From positions 1 to 64,000 of the forward strand of contig BPJZ01000001.1 in NCBI GenBank assembly GCA_026004875.1: 64,000 nt of DNA, written 5' to 3'. Shown here piece by piece: positions 8,780-18,586 of the stretch (its first letter is position 1; each line of letters begins with the position of its first letter). The DNA is from Candidatus Poribacteria bacterium. Lineage in GTDB: Bacteria > Poribacteria > WGA-4E > GCA-2687025. The notes under the pieces are model-generated. The model was not told where the DNA came from and did not search any database. It was given only the letters and a program-made list of their open reading frames with translations. The position numbers and the translations under genes were made by a program.

Positions 8780-9867
8780 CCCCGCGAATGTCCTGGCTCC
8801 AGCAGTACCTTGATGGAGGATTCGGCGGAGCGTACCAGCTCCAAACCAGCCTGGAACTCCTCCAACGGTAGCCGATGGGTGACGATCGGCGTGACGTCTA
8901 TCCTGCCTGAAGCGATGAACTCGATCGCGATCGGATAGCAGTACGGTCCCAGATGGGAGCCGTGGATGTTCAGCTCCTTGGTGTCACCGATGATCGTCCA
9001 GTCCACAGTCACCGGCTCGCGCATAACGCTGAACTCAACGAAGGTTCCCAGCTTGCGAATCATCAGCAGCCCCTGACGAACCGCTTCAGGATGGCCCGTT
9101 GCTTCAATGTACACGTCGCAGCCGTACCCTTCAGTCAGGTCCAGCACCCGTTGGATCACATCCTCTTGGCGCGGGTTCAGCGTCAGGTCGGCGCCAAGCT
9201 GGCGAGCCACTTCCAAGCGTCGGTCGTTCAGGTCCACGGCGATCAGAAGTCCGGGGTTCTTGAGGCGTGCCGCGGCGATCATCCCCAGTCCCAGCGTCCC
9301 CGCGCCGGCGATGACTACCACATCGCCAAATCGGATCTCCCCGCGCTCGACCGCGTGGATCGAACAGGCCAGCGGCTCGATCAGTGCAGCCTTCCAGGCC
9401 GGAACCTCCTGAGGAATCCGATGGACGATCGCGCGAGCGGGGAACTTCATGTATTCCGCCCACCCGCCGGGAACCGGACGCCGAAACCCGTAAATGTCGT
9501 GCTGTTGGCACATCCAATACTGCCCCCGACGGCAGTAGCGGCACTCCCAACAGGGGACAATCTGTTCGGAGATCACCAGGTCCCCCACCTGAATCCGATG
9601 GCGCTCGGCGGCCCCTTCGCCCAGCGCCACTACCCGCCCGACAAACTCGTGCCCCGGAACGATCGGCGGCTGAGCGTACCCCTGTCGGTCCTCGTCGCCC
9701 CAGAAGAGCGGAGCGCCGGTGTAGCACTTCACGTCGCTAGCGCAGATGCCGCACGCTTCAACGGCCACCAATACCTCCCCCGGCCCCACCTCCGGAACGG
9801 GGATCATCTCCAGGCGGTAGTCGTACGGTCCGTAACAGACGACCGCGCGTTGCTTTTCAGGAAGCAC
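8776..9867 (-). CDS. Zinc-dependent medium-chain alcohol/polyol dehydrogenase (threonine/sorbitol dehydrogenase-like).
   Basis: ACGICASDVKCYTG...PGHEFVG...CRYCRRGQYWMC zinc-binding motifs and GAGTLGLGMIAAARLKNPG Rossmann motif. Intact 363 aa. Confidence 0.8.
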   Translation of the reverse strand: MLPEKQRAVVCYGPYDYRLEMIPVPEVGPGEVLVAVEACGICASDVKCYTGAPLFWGDEDRQGYAQPPIVPGHEFVGRVVALGEGAAERHRIQVGDLVISEQIVPCWECRYCRRGQYWMCQQHDIYGFRRPVPGGWAEYMKFPARAIVHRIPQEVPAWKAALIEPLACSIHAVERGEIRFGDVVVIAGAGTLGLGMIAAARLKNPGLLIAVDLNDRRLEVARQLGADLTLNPRQEDVIQRVLDLTEGYGCDVYIEATGHPEAVRQGLLMIRKLGTFVEFSVMREPVTVDWTIIGDTKELNIHGSHLGPYCYPIAIEFIASGRIDVTPIVTHRLPLEEFQAGLELVRSAESSIKVLLEPGHSRG

Positions 9868-11275
9868 AATCTTCTCCTTCTTTCAGCGCAAGTTGTTCTG
9901 CAGCGGGAACTGCAGCAAAGAGCAGCCAAAACGGCACGTTGAAGAGGTCCGTAGCGCTGAACGACTCCACGACGAGATGAGCTAACGACGCCACTTGAAC
10001 CGCAAGCAACCCGGCCACCCACCCGTACCACGTCGGCTGAGCCTCCAGCCGCCGGAGCAACCGCAGGCCGTAAAGAAACAACGCCCCGTTCAGCCAAAGC
10101 CAGCTCAGCGCGCCAAACAACCCCGTTTCGGCGAGAATCTGAAGGTGCTCGTTGTGCGCTCCCATCTGGTAGAATCGGTTGGCCCCAAGAAACGGCTCGT
10201 TCGGGTAGCTCAGCGCAAAGGAGCCGTACCCTGCACCAAAAAGCGGATGCTCCGCGAACATCAGCAGCGCATAGCCCCACCGGAGCAGCCGGGTCTTGTT
10301 CGAAGCGTACTCCGGATCGAAGACCGTCTCCAGACGCGAAGCGATAGTCTCCCGGACCGGTCCGATCAGCAGCGCCAGACAGATCAGCACCGCTGCCGTT
10401 CCCATAAAGGCCCACTTCCGCCACCGCCCCGCCTCCGAACGCAGCAGGAGCAAAAAGCCTAACGCGATTAACAGCGACAACCACGCGCCTCGCGACCAAC
10501 AAAGAAGCATCGCGCCGCCAAAAAGCACCAACCCCAACCCGACCCACCCTCGATCGTAACGCGGATTGAACAGCACCTGCGCCAGAAGAGGCAGGAGAAA
10601 AACGGTCAGGTAAAAACCGTAGATCGCATAGTTGGTGAACAGTGTCCCGAGGTAGGCTGTTGTATGGGCAAGGTTCTCTCCCCGCCAAACCATCCACACC
10701 GACTGCACCAGAGCCGCCACGACGCCTGCGGCCGTCGCGACGCCAACCGTGCTTGAGAAGACGCCCCGCCGACTCAGCAGCGAATAGGCCGGCAACGGCA
10801 GAAGCACAAACGCCAACGCCCGCAGCGCTCCCTTGCCCGACTCGTAAGGAAACGCCGTGAACGGCAGCGAAGCGAGGATCGAAAGGGCAAAAGCGTACAG
10901 CGGCCAACGAAGCGGATAGGCCGCAATCCGCTCTCCTCGGGCTGCCACAACGAGACGATCCAACAGGTAGGCCCCTACTAGCGCGGCAACGACCGGCTCG
11001 GAGGGAACCTGAAGCTCCGCGCGATTGGGAAGAAAGAACCGAAATGAAAACGGAAGCGCGCCGACCAGCAGCCACAACAACACCTGCGGAAGCCCAACAG
11101 CGGCCGCGACGATGAGCACGGCAAAGACCAGCGGCGCCGTGTAAGTGTACAGCGAACGCCCTACCAGCCACCCCACCGTGGTGGCCAGCAGCCCGCCCAC
11201 AAGTACTAAGCTAAGCTCCCGCCCCTCCCTCCGAAAGGCCTCAGGAGCCCGCATCATCTCTGTTCGGCACCTCAA
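9857..11275 (-). CDS. O-antigen ligase / Wzy-like polymerase (Wzy_C domain) polytopic membrane protein.
   Basis: At least 10 predicted TM segments. Wzy_C-like region WSRGAWLSLLIALGFLLLL...AHNEHLQILAETGLFGAL. Overlaps the ADH stop by 11 nt, so it is in an operon. The overlapping Arg/Ala-rich ORF 9804..11171 is rejected. Confidence 0.7.
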   Translation of the reverse strand: MRCRTEMMRAPEAFRREGRELSLVLVGGLLATTVGWLVGRSLYTYTAPLVFAVLIVAAAVGLPQVLLWLLVGALPFSFRFFLPNRAELQVPSEPVVAALVGAYLLDRLVVAARGERIAAYPLRWPLYAFALSILASLPFTAFPYESGKGALRALAFVLLPLPAYSLLSRRGVFSSTVGVATAAGVVAALVQSVWMVWRGENLAHTTAYLGTLFTNYAIYGFYLTVFLLPLLAQVLFNPRYDRGWVGLGLVLFGGAMLLCWSRGAWLSLLIALGFLLLLRSEAGRWRKWAFMGTAAVLICLALLIGPVRETIASRLETVFDPEYASNKTRLLRWGYALLMFAEHPLFGAGYGSFALSYPNEPFLGANRFYQMGAHNEHLQILAETGLFGALSWLWLNGALFLYGLRLLRRLEAQPTWYGWVAGLLAVQVASLAHLVVESFSATDLFNVPFWLLFAAVPAAEQLALKEGEDCAS

Positions 11276-12284
11276 CGCTCAGTGGCCGGAAGTGGTACCC
11301 GCGCGACTCATAGGCGGCCTGGAGGATCCCCAGGTCCTCCGGGCAGCGATACATGCCGACGATGGCATCGCCAGAACCGCTGAACTTGGAAGGAAAGCCC
11401 AGCCGTCGGGCGATCTCGATCATCTCCAGATTCCGTTCGCCAAGCGCTTTGTCGCCGTAGAGCTTCCGACGCAGGTCGAAGTTTCGGTTCATCAGAACTC
11501 CAAAGGTCTCGTGATCCCCGCGTAGGAGCGCCTCCCGCGCCTCAACGGCATACTGCGCGAACTCACGCATGGCCCCGCGCACCTCCGGGTCGCCCTGCTC
11601 AAACCGGTAGCGAATGTTCCGGTGTACCCGGCCCGACTCCTTGCCGCTCGTCTGATAGGCCAAAAACAGCGGCGGCAACAAACGCGGGTCCAGTGGCTCA
11701 TACTCCCCGTAGCCACGCGTGAGCATGTACTCCTCGCTGAAGTCCATAAACACCAGGCCGCCGTACCATTGGACCACTCGATCCTGAAGCCCAGCGGCGA
11801 TGTCTAGCTCCTCTGTCTCGACGCTGAGAATCAGGTTGGGGATCTCCGGCTTGTGATAATGTTCCCCCTCCTGAAGCTCGTAAAATTGCATCAGCGCTCG
11901 GATCGTCGCTGTGATGATCGCACTGGAGCCCCCTAGCCCAATCTGGCGGGGGATGGTTGTGTCGTACCGAACGGTGAAGTTCCGCTTCGGCAGCTCAACG
12001 CCCCGTGCAGTGCAAAACTCGTAAAACTTCTTGCAGGTCGCGTAGAGCAGCCGGATGCCGCCGTAGTACCCCTCTTGTCGGACTCGACGGGCCACCTCCT
12101 CTAGACTGGAAAAGCTCAGCGGATCGTGAATCGGATGGGGAACGATGGTGATCTCCGGGCTCTCCCAAAGGGTGACCTCGGCGCGAAAGTCGGTGACGGT
12201 TGCCGAAAGGGTCTTCCCAAAGTACCCGTCTGAAGGGTTCCCCATCAACCCAACCCGGGCGTAAGCGCGTGTGCAAAAGATCAT
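11241..12284 (-). CDS. GHMP-kinase family sugar kinase.
   Basis: N-terminal RVGLMGNPSDGYFGKTLSATV phosphate-binding-loop-like motif; ~347 aa, the typical GHMP size. Confidence 0.55.
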   Translation of the reverse strand: MIFCTRAYARVGLMGNPSDGYFGKTLSATVTDFRAEVTLWESPEITIVPHPIHDPLSFSSLEEVARRVRQEGYYGGIRLLYATCKKFYEFCTARGVELPKRNFTVRYDTTIPRQIGLGGSSAIITATIRALMQFYELQEGEHYHKPEIPNLILSVETEELDIAAGLQDRVVQWYGGLVFMDFSEEYMLTRGYGEYEPLDPRLLPPLFLAYQTSGKESGRVHRNIRYRFEQGDPEVRGAMREFAQYAVEAREALLRGDHETFGVLMNRNFDLRRKLYGDKALGERNLEMIEIARRLGFPSKFSGSGDAIVGMYRCPEDLGILQAAYESRGYHFRPLSVEVPNRDDAGS

Positions 12285-12309
12285 CTGCGCAGAGATCCCT
12301 TCCTCTGGA

Positions 12310-14048
12310 TTAACGAATGTGCAGTTGATAGGGCATCAGAAAAAACGTCCGAAGCCCCTCCAAGAACCGGTACGCCGACCCAAGCCGTCGGAGCGCTCCG
12401 CTCTCCCTGAGTGAGGCGCGGAGCCAGCCGCTTTCGACCAGCTCCTCCAGGGGTGAGGATCGGGGCGGCAGCTCCCAAAGCTGAAACAGATGCGATCTAG
12501 AGTAACCGGCGCTTTCCTTGGCAAGTTCAAAGGCCCGCAGGAGGTCCCCCTCCTCGTCGGCGAGGCCGTTCCGCACGGCCTCTCGACCGGTCCACACCTG
12601 CCCCTGGGCCGACCGCCTCAATCTCCTCCAGGGAGCGGTTCCGGCTCTTGGACGCCTTCTGGAGGAACTCGTCGTAAACGTTCCGGATTAGCGCCTGGAG
12701 CCGCTCCCGCTCCGAATCGCTCAGCGGTCGGTCGGACCAGATGGTGGCGTTTTGGCCACGGGTGAGCACCTGCTGCCGGATGCCGAGCTTCCGGTAGAGT
12801 CCGGTCAGCGCAAATTTACCGCCCCAGACCCCGATGCTTCCCGTCAGCGTTGCCGGTTCCGCAACGATCCGATCGGCGGCCATCGCCACGTAGTAACCAC
12901 CTGAGGCGGCGACACCCCCCATCGAGGCAATTACCGGCTTCTCCCGCCGGGCCTGTTGAACGGCGTTCCAGATCAGATCGGAGGCGAGAGCGTCCCCGCC
13001 GGGGCTGTCAATCCGGAGGACGATCGCTTTAACGGCGTCGTTTCGGCGGGCCTTCTCCAGCGCCTCTACGATCCGCTCCGCGGGCGCCCAATCGCTCAGT
13101 CCCAGCGGGTCCGCCTCGCGGCCCGGAACGATAATCCCTTGGATGTAGATTAACGCGATTGTCTCCCGATCGGAGGGGGGGCTCGCCGGGCGTCCTCATC
13201 AGCTCCCGAAGCAGTTCGAGAACTCCTGGCCCCCCGTCTCTCTCGACTCGATCGGCAATGTAAGTCGGTTCGGCGCTCGCGGAGACCAGCGATTTGCTGA
13301 CGGTTGGGAGCGCGTCGGGGTACTCTAGGCCGTCCACCAGGCCGCGCTCTAGGGCCTCCTGAGCGGAGTACGGACCGCCGTCAATCCACCGGATCACCTC
13401 TTCGCGGCCTCGGCCCCGCGCCAGCGCAATTCCTTCAACTAGCTGATCAAACAGCTCGTCCAGCAGCCGGTTGAGCATCGCCTCGGCCTCCGGAGAGAGC
13501 CGCGTCCGGGTGTAGGGCTCCGCAGCGCTCTTGTAGGCCCCTGCCTGGACCAGCTCCGCCTGAATGCCCAACTTGTCCAGCGTCTCTTTGAAGAAAAGCA
13601 CCTCGGCCCTCAGGCCGATCAAGTCCACCGTCCCGAGCGGCGAAAGAAGCACCCGATCCGCATGGGCAGCGAGCAGATAGGTCGCGTTGTCGTAGTAGTC
13701 CGAATAAACGATCACCGGTTTGCCCGTGGCCCGGAACGCCTGAACGCTCCGAGCAAGCGACTGGGCCTCCGCTAGAGAAAGTCCTCCTCCGTCCGCTCGA
13801 AGGACCACGCCAAGCGTCTGAACGTCCTCGGCGGCCAGCCGGAGCAGTTGCTGTAGGTCGAGGAGCCCCGAGCGCTCAGAGGAGAAGCCGTATAACTCGT
13901 TTGCGCGGCCTCCAGCGCTCCGATCCAGATAGATCTCAACGACGCGCGGCGCGCTCTGTTTCTCCCCTCCGCCGGCACACCCGACCAGCAGGAGCGTTCC
14001 GAACGCGATCCCCAGCCATATGCCCACGTGCAACCCGCGTTGCCGCAT
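12310..14048 (-). CDS. sppA: Signal peptide peptidase SppA (two-domain 67K type) with two frameshifts.
   Basis: Lipoprotein signal MRQRGLHVGIWLGIAFGTLLLVGCAGG. It continues through ORF 12527..12922 (MGGVAASGGYYVAMAADRIVAEPATLTGSIGV, the ClpP/crotonase-fold SppA catalytic-region motif) and ORF 12310..12621. Confidence 0.65.
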
Positions 14049-14295
14049 CGGTCCTTCCGGTTCCTTTCACGTTCTCCCTTTGGCGGGATCATCCTACTCC
14101 CCCCTCCCAGGGAGAGGCAAGAACCGAAGCACCCCTTCCATTCTCCCCCATTCTCTCAAAGGCACTCTCGGGCTCCCTCGGTGTTGGGAACAGCAACCCA
14201 GAGACGCTGCTCCAGCCGACGGGGAGAAACCAAAACGCCGGGACGCTTCGCTTTCCCCTTGCGTATCATTTGCTAAAAGTCGGGAAGGGGAGGCC

Positions 14296-16281
14296 ATGCG
14301 TGGGCATGTCTGGAGAAGAGCCCTTCTTGGAGCGGCGGTTCTCTGTCTCTTATGGCCCGGGGGTTCCCGAGCCCAAAACGACCGTGTCCGCTCGTTGCCC
14401 GCCGTCAGGACGGGGACGCCGCCCGTCATTGACGGACGGTTAGACGACGCTTGCTGGGCAGAGGCGCCGGTCGCTACCGACTTCATCGACCCTCTCACCG
14501 ACCGGCCCGCTCAAGACCAGACGGTCGCTCGGCTGCTCTACGACGAGCGGGCGATCTACGTCGGGATTTACGCTTACGACTCGCAACCGACGGCGATCGT
14601 CGCCCGCCAGCGGAAGGACCAGGTCCGGTTCTCCGGCGAAGACACCGTCGCCTTCAGCATAGATCCCTACGGAACCCATCGGTTTGAAGACCGAAACTTC
14701 TTCACCGTCAACCCGTTGGGAACCAAATACGCTCGACTGGCCGGAGGTCGAGCCGAAAAGGCCGAATGGATCGGTATTTGGGAGGCCGCCGCCCAGCGGA
14801 CCCAGGAGGGATGGACGGTCGAGATGCGCATCCCTTGGGAGATGCTCAGCTACCCCAAGCCGAACGGCCCGGTCACCATGCGGATCAACTTCGATCGCTA
14901 TCAGCAGCGAACCGGCGAGCGCTCTTGGTGGTCCAACGTCGGCGTTCAAGAACGCTACGAGTACGATGGGCTCTGGACCAACGTAGAGCCGCCCCCGCCG
15001 GCGGAGGAGCTGAACCTGATGCCGTACGTCTACTTCGGCGGGAGGGAGCGGCTTCGCTGGAACAACCTAGTCGGCCGGGCCGGCCTGGACCTTCGTTACC
15101 GATCCCGGCGAGACCTCACCATTCTAGCGACGGTCAACCCGGACTTCGAGAACGTCGAGCAGGCCGTTGAGAGCATCGACTTTTCCTACGGCGCCCGGTA
15201 CGTCCCGGACCGTCGGCCCTTCTTCCAAGAGGGAAGAGACTACTTCCCCTTCTGGTTCTACTCGAGAAGCGTCGAGCAAGTGGACGGCGGGCTAAAGGCG
15301 TTCGGAAGGCTGGGGCCGCGCTGGAATCTTGGGCTCCTCACGACCTACGAGCGCGGCGGCCCCCTCACGTTTATCTCCAAGCTGCAGTTCTCTCCGACCA
15401 AGACCAGCGGGGCGAGCTTCGGCTACGGCGGGCAGTTTGACGGCGTCGGTTCTTATCACCTAGCCAGCGTCGGCGGCGGCGGACGCCTAGGGAACTTCTA
15501 CAGCACTGGCCACCTGATCACCGTTCGGGAACGTAGCCTCGACGGGAAGGTACAAGCCGCTTCGGAGGGACGCGTTGAAATCGGATATCAGGGGAAACGC
15601 GGCGGGATCCTAGCTTCAGCAGAGCACTTTGATGACCACTATCCGATCCGGTTCACCTACCGTCCTTTTGATGGTTATCGGGAGCTGGAAGGGTGGGTTT
15701 GGTGGGATCTGGAGTGGCGCCGTGGACCGGTGCGATCGTTGTTTGGCTGGTTTGGGGGACGAACGGCCCGATTTCTGAACGGCGATCCCTTCCGGCGAGC
15801 CATCGAAGCTTTCTGGAGCCTCCGGTTTCGCAACGATGTTGCCGTTCGGTTAACCCGCTCCTGGGAGCGCTTTGAGGCGTTCCCGAACGAAGGGGGCTAC
15901 GATCTGAGCCTCAGCCTCCGGGATTCGGATCGGTATACCAACGCGAGCGCCGGTTTCGTCTGGGGACGGCGTCAGGACCTCCCCTATCGCGCCGTACGGC
16001 TCAACGGAAATCTCCGGGTGGGAAACCTCAATTTGGGCGTCGAGCTGAATTTTGTCGAGCACGCCGGCTCAAATTATCAACACACAGCGACGCTCAGCTA
16101 CGACATCACCGAGGCGCTCAGCCTCGGCGGCCGGATGGTCTGGCAGAAATCGGGGCGCAACTTCTACCTCGCCCTCCGTCGCTCCGGATATGCAGGGGTG
16201 GACTTTTATCTCATCCTCGGCGACCCGAACGCCGAGTCGTTTCAACAGCGACTTATCGGAAAGATCGTGCTCTCCTTATAG
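14296..16281 (+). CDS. Secreted DUF5916-family protein with an N-terminal CBM9-like carbohydrate-binding domain.
   Basis: RBS GGGGAGG before the ATG at 14296. Signal peptide MRGHVWRRALLGAAVLCLLWPGGSRA. PPVIDGRLDDACWAEAPVATDF is CBM9/DOMON-like. 662 aa, intact. Confidence 0.65.
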   Translation: MRGHVWRRALLGAAVLCLLWPGGSRAQNDRVRSLPAVRTGTPPVIDGRLDDACWAEAPVATDFIDPLTDRPAQDQTVARLLYDERAIYVGIYAYDSQPTAIVARQRKDQVRFSGEDTVAFSIDPYGTHRFEDRNFFTVNPLGTKYARLAGGRAEKAEWIGIWEAAAQRTQEGWTVEMRIPWEMLSYPKPNGPVTMRINFDRYQQRTGERSWWSNVGVQERYEYDGLWTNVEPPPPAEELNLMPYVYFGGRERLRWNNLVGRAGLDLRYRSRRDLTILATVNPDFENVEQAVESIDFSYGARYVPDRRPFFQEGRDYFPFWFYSRSVEQVDGGLKAFGRLGPRWNLGLLTTYERGGPLTFISKLQFSPTKTSGASFGYGGQFDGVGSYHLASVGGGGRLGNFYSTGHLITVRERSLDGKVQAASEGRVEIGYQGKRGGILASAEHFDDHYPIRFTYRPFDGYRELEGWVWWDLEWRRGPVRSLFGWFGGRTARFLNGDPFRRAIEAFWSLRFRNDVAVRLTRSWERFEAFPNEGGYDLSLSLRDSDRYTNASAGFVWGRRQDLPYRAVRLNGNLRVGNLNLGVELNFVEHAGSNYQHTATLSYDITEALSLGGRMVWQKSGRNFYLALRRSGYAGVDFYLILGDPNAESFQQRLIGKIVLSL

Positions 16282-16468
16282 GGCTCTCAGGACCTTCCTC
16301 CAGTCGAAAATCTTCCGCTCCGACCGAAAATCCTTCGTCCCTGAGACCGCTCCTGGGAGAACTTGTCCAAAGATGCAGACGATTTTTTCCAAACACTGAG
16401 ACGGTGTACAATATCCGTACGCATCGGGGGATAATGATAATGAGGCCGAAGGGTAAGGAGATCACGCG

Positions 16469-17146
16469 ATGCGCCGACTTGATATTCTGTCTCTCCTTTC
16501 GATGTTAGTATGGGTGGTGTCACCTGTGCTCGCTGTCGTCGAACCGCCGGTCGTCTTTGAGGGTTCAAAGCTCAGCAACGTGGACGGCCACCACTTTGAA
16601 GACCTGGGCAATTTTCACGGCCAGATGCCCCTACAGCCGGGCGACGGCTGGCACTACTGGGGCGCCAGGGAGCCGATCGTCACCGATGACTGGGTTCGGT
16701 TCCCCCGACCGGGCGAGTACATCTTTATCGTCAAAAGCAAAAGCGACCAGTTCGACGCGGGCGACGCGGATAAGGACATCTGGGCCGAATTCGAAGTGCG
16801 CCTCTATCCGCAGGACGCCCTGAAAGACCTGGCGGAGAGCATCGGCGATCTGAACGCGCTTGCCGGACGGACCGACACGGAGATCGTTCTCTTCCGGGAG
16901 AAGGCGCGGGCGGACCGCAACGCTGGCGACGACTGGTACACCTCTGAGACGGTCGTCGAATTCACCGAAGAGATCACCGGACAGCTAGCCATCTGGTTTA
17001 TGAACGACCAATGGCAACCGGACCCGCCCCCGGCAAAGGACCGGAACCTCTGGATCCTCTCGATGGAGATTCAGGCCCCCTTCTTGGCGGTAAACCCTAA
17101 AGGCAAGGCCGCCATCCGGTGGGCCGAGTTGAAGGCCGCTCGATAA
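16469..17146 (+). CDS. Secreted hypothetical protein, 225 aa.
   Basis: Signal-like N-terminus MRRLDILSLLSMLVWVVSPVLAVVEP; acidic, no recognisable domain. Confidence 0.55.
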   Translation: MRRLDILSLLSMLVWVVSPVLAVVEPPVVFEGSKLSNVDGHHFEDLGNFHGQMPLQPGDGWHYWGAREPIVTDDWVRFPRPGEYIFIVKSKSDQFDAGDADKDIWAEFEVRLYPQDALKDLAESIGDLNALAGRTDTEIVLFREKARADRNAGDDWYTSETVVEFTEEITGQLAIWFMNDQWQPDPPPAKDRNLWILSMEIQAPFLAVNPKGKAAIRWAELKAAR

Positions 17147-17189
17147 GAATCGCTTCAATTCCCCCTTGCGTTTGTTGAAAAGGCTGATA

Positions 17190-17224
17190 GGCGCGACGTC
17201 GAACTGTCGCGCCTTTTCCTTTTC
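17190..17224 (+). terminator. Rho-independent terminator: 8-bp stem GGCGCGAC/GTCGCGCC, 8-nt loop, then TTTTCCTTTTC.
   Basis: Read directly: stem 17190-17197 / 17206-17213, U-rich tail 17214-17224, 44 nt after the stop of the 16469..17146 gene. Confidence 0.7.
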
Positions 17225-17275
17225 GCTGAGATTCAGGCACACTGAAAGAGCAGAGTACAAAAGCGCTAGGGGGAA

Positions 17276-18586
17276 ATGGTGCGCTGGGGGAATCTGGTCT
17301 ACCGGAACCTGTACTGCGGCGAGTCAGTAGAGCTTTTTAGGAGTCGAATCCGGCTCCTAGAGGTGGTTGCCCACCGGGCTTGGGTCGAAGTGAACGGACG
17401 CCGAGCTTGGCTCTCGGTGGCCCGGCGGTCGCCCGATACGGTGCTGGGCGGGGTACGGCTCTTTCTTGCCGACACGCGACCGCTCGCCGAGCTGGAGGCC
17501 GCATTGCCTCGTTCCCCTCATCGTCTCCTTCACGGGGATGCGCTGGTAGGGATCGCCCCGGCCGGTGAACCGCTGCTAGACCCGGAGCGGTTCGAGTTTC
17601 CCATCGCACCGATCGAAGGGTTCCGCTGGACAGCGGAGGAGGACACGGGCATCTTTTCGTTGACCTCCACCCATGGCTCCTACCCAGGGGTGGACATTGA
17701 CCTTTCGGAGGTGGCCCGCAGCCGTCCTTGGGCGGTGGCGGCCGAGGAGTCCCAGGTTGCCGCCGTCTTCGAGGTTGGAGAGCGCACTCGATTCGCCTAC
17801 TTGGCGCTGGAGAGCCGAGAGGACCCCGGCATCTTTCTGATCTACGGCGGGCTGAACCGCCATACGGTGCGGGTCAAGCCGGGGCAGCGGGTACAACGCG
17901 GTGAACCGCTGGCCGAGGTCCAAACCCGCACCTACTGGCCTCGGCTCTTCCTCACCGTCTGGACGGGGGAACGGCCTCCCCAGTCTCAGGAAGAGCTTCA
18001 CCTTGGAGTGCTGAACGCCTTTCCCGCGCTCTGGGAACTGGCCCACGGGCCCAGCCCGACGCCACGCCGGTGGTTTAGCGGGCTGTTCCCCTTTGAGCGG
18101 TTCCGGTTCTTCGGCGGCAATCGGCGACGACTTCACGCCTACACGCCGGTCACCGGCTACGGATGGCTACTGGGGGACTGGAACCCCCTCCAGCGGTTAG
18201 AGGGCTCCATGCAGTACGAGTGGCGGCAGAGCCTCCTGTTGGAACGACGGATGTACCGCTGGCTCCCCAGCCCCTTGGAGAACCCCGAACGGGAGTACCG
18301 GTTCCGGATCGCCGTCGGCTCGCCCGGCCGATACTGGGTGCAGGTGATCGTCGGAGACCGCCGAACGCCGACGAGCCAGCGAGTGCGCGTCGGAGAGGCG
18401 GAGTGGGGGCCGGTCTCGCTCCCGCAGGGACGGTTCCTCTGGTCTCCTCGACTACCGGTGAGCGTAGAAGGAGAGTTCCTCGACGTTCAGATCGCTTTTG
18501 GCAACGAGCTGCCCGCGGCGATCGGTGAACTGGTGTTCTACCGCTCCTGCCGAGACGGTTTTGAGCCGAAGGGGGAGGACTCCTGA
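17276..18586 (+). CDS. Hypothetical protein with a degenerate (probably inactive) M23/LytM-like segment.
   Basis: VRVKPGQRVQRGEPLAEVQTRTYWPRLFLTVW follows the M23 pattern V..GQ.V..G..IG.VG.TG..TGPHLHFEV but lacks the metal-binding His residues. 436 aa. Confidence 0.4.
   Translation: MVRWGNLVYRNLYCGESVELFRSRIRLLEVVAHRAWVEVNGRRAWLSVARRSPDTVLGGVRLFLADTRPLAELEAALPRSPHRLLHGDALVGIAPAGEPLLDPERFEFPIAPIEGFRWTAEEDTGIFSLTSTHGSYPGVDIDLSEVARSRPWAVAAEESQVAAVFEVGERTRFAYLALESREDPGIFLIYGGLNRHTVRVKPGQRVQRGEPLAEVQTRTYWPRLFLTVWTGERPPQSQEELHLGVLNAFPALWELAHGPSPTPRRWFSGLFPFERFRFFGGNRRRLHAYTPVTGYGWLLGDWNPLQRLEGSMQYEWRQSLLLERRMYRWLPSPLENPEREYRFRIAVGSPGRYWVQVIVGDRRTPTSQRVRVGEAEWGPVSLPQGRFLWSPRLPVSVEGEFLDVQIAFGNELPAAIGELVFYRSCRDGFEPKGEDS

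Noticed and set aside
9804-11171. 455-aa ORF on the minus strand overlapping the O-antigen ligase gene in another frame.
   Set aside because: Arg/Ala/Gly-rich, low-complexity translation typical of off-frame ORFs in 65% GC DNA. The overlapping frame (9857..11275) encodes a coherent polytopic Wzy-like protein.
14020-14295. N-terminal extension of the DUF5916 ORF (start 14020) and similar upstream extensions of ORFs 19144, 62074..63570, 38831 and 50544.
   Set aside because: The extensions are Arg/Pro-rich with no RBS. Internal ATG or GTG codons preceded by GGAGG-type RBS and followed by signal peptides or conserved N-termini give better starts.
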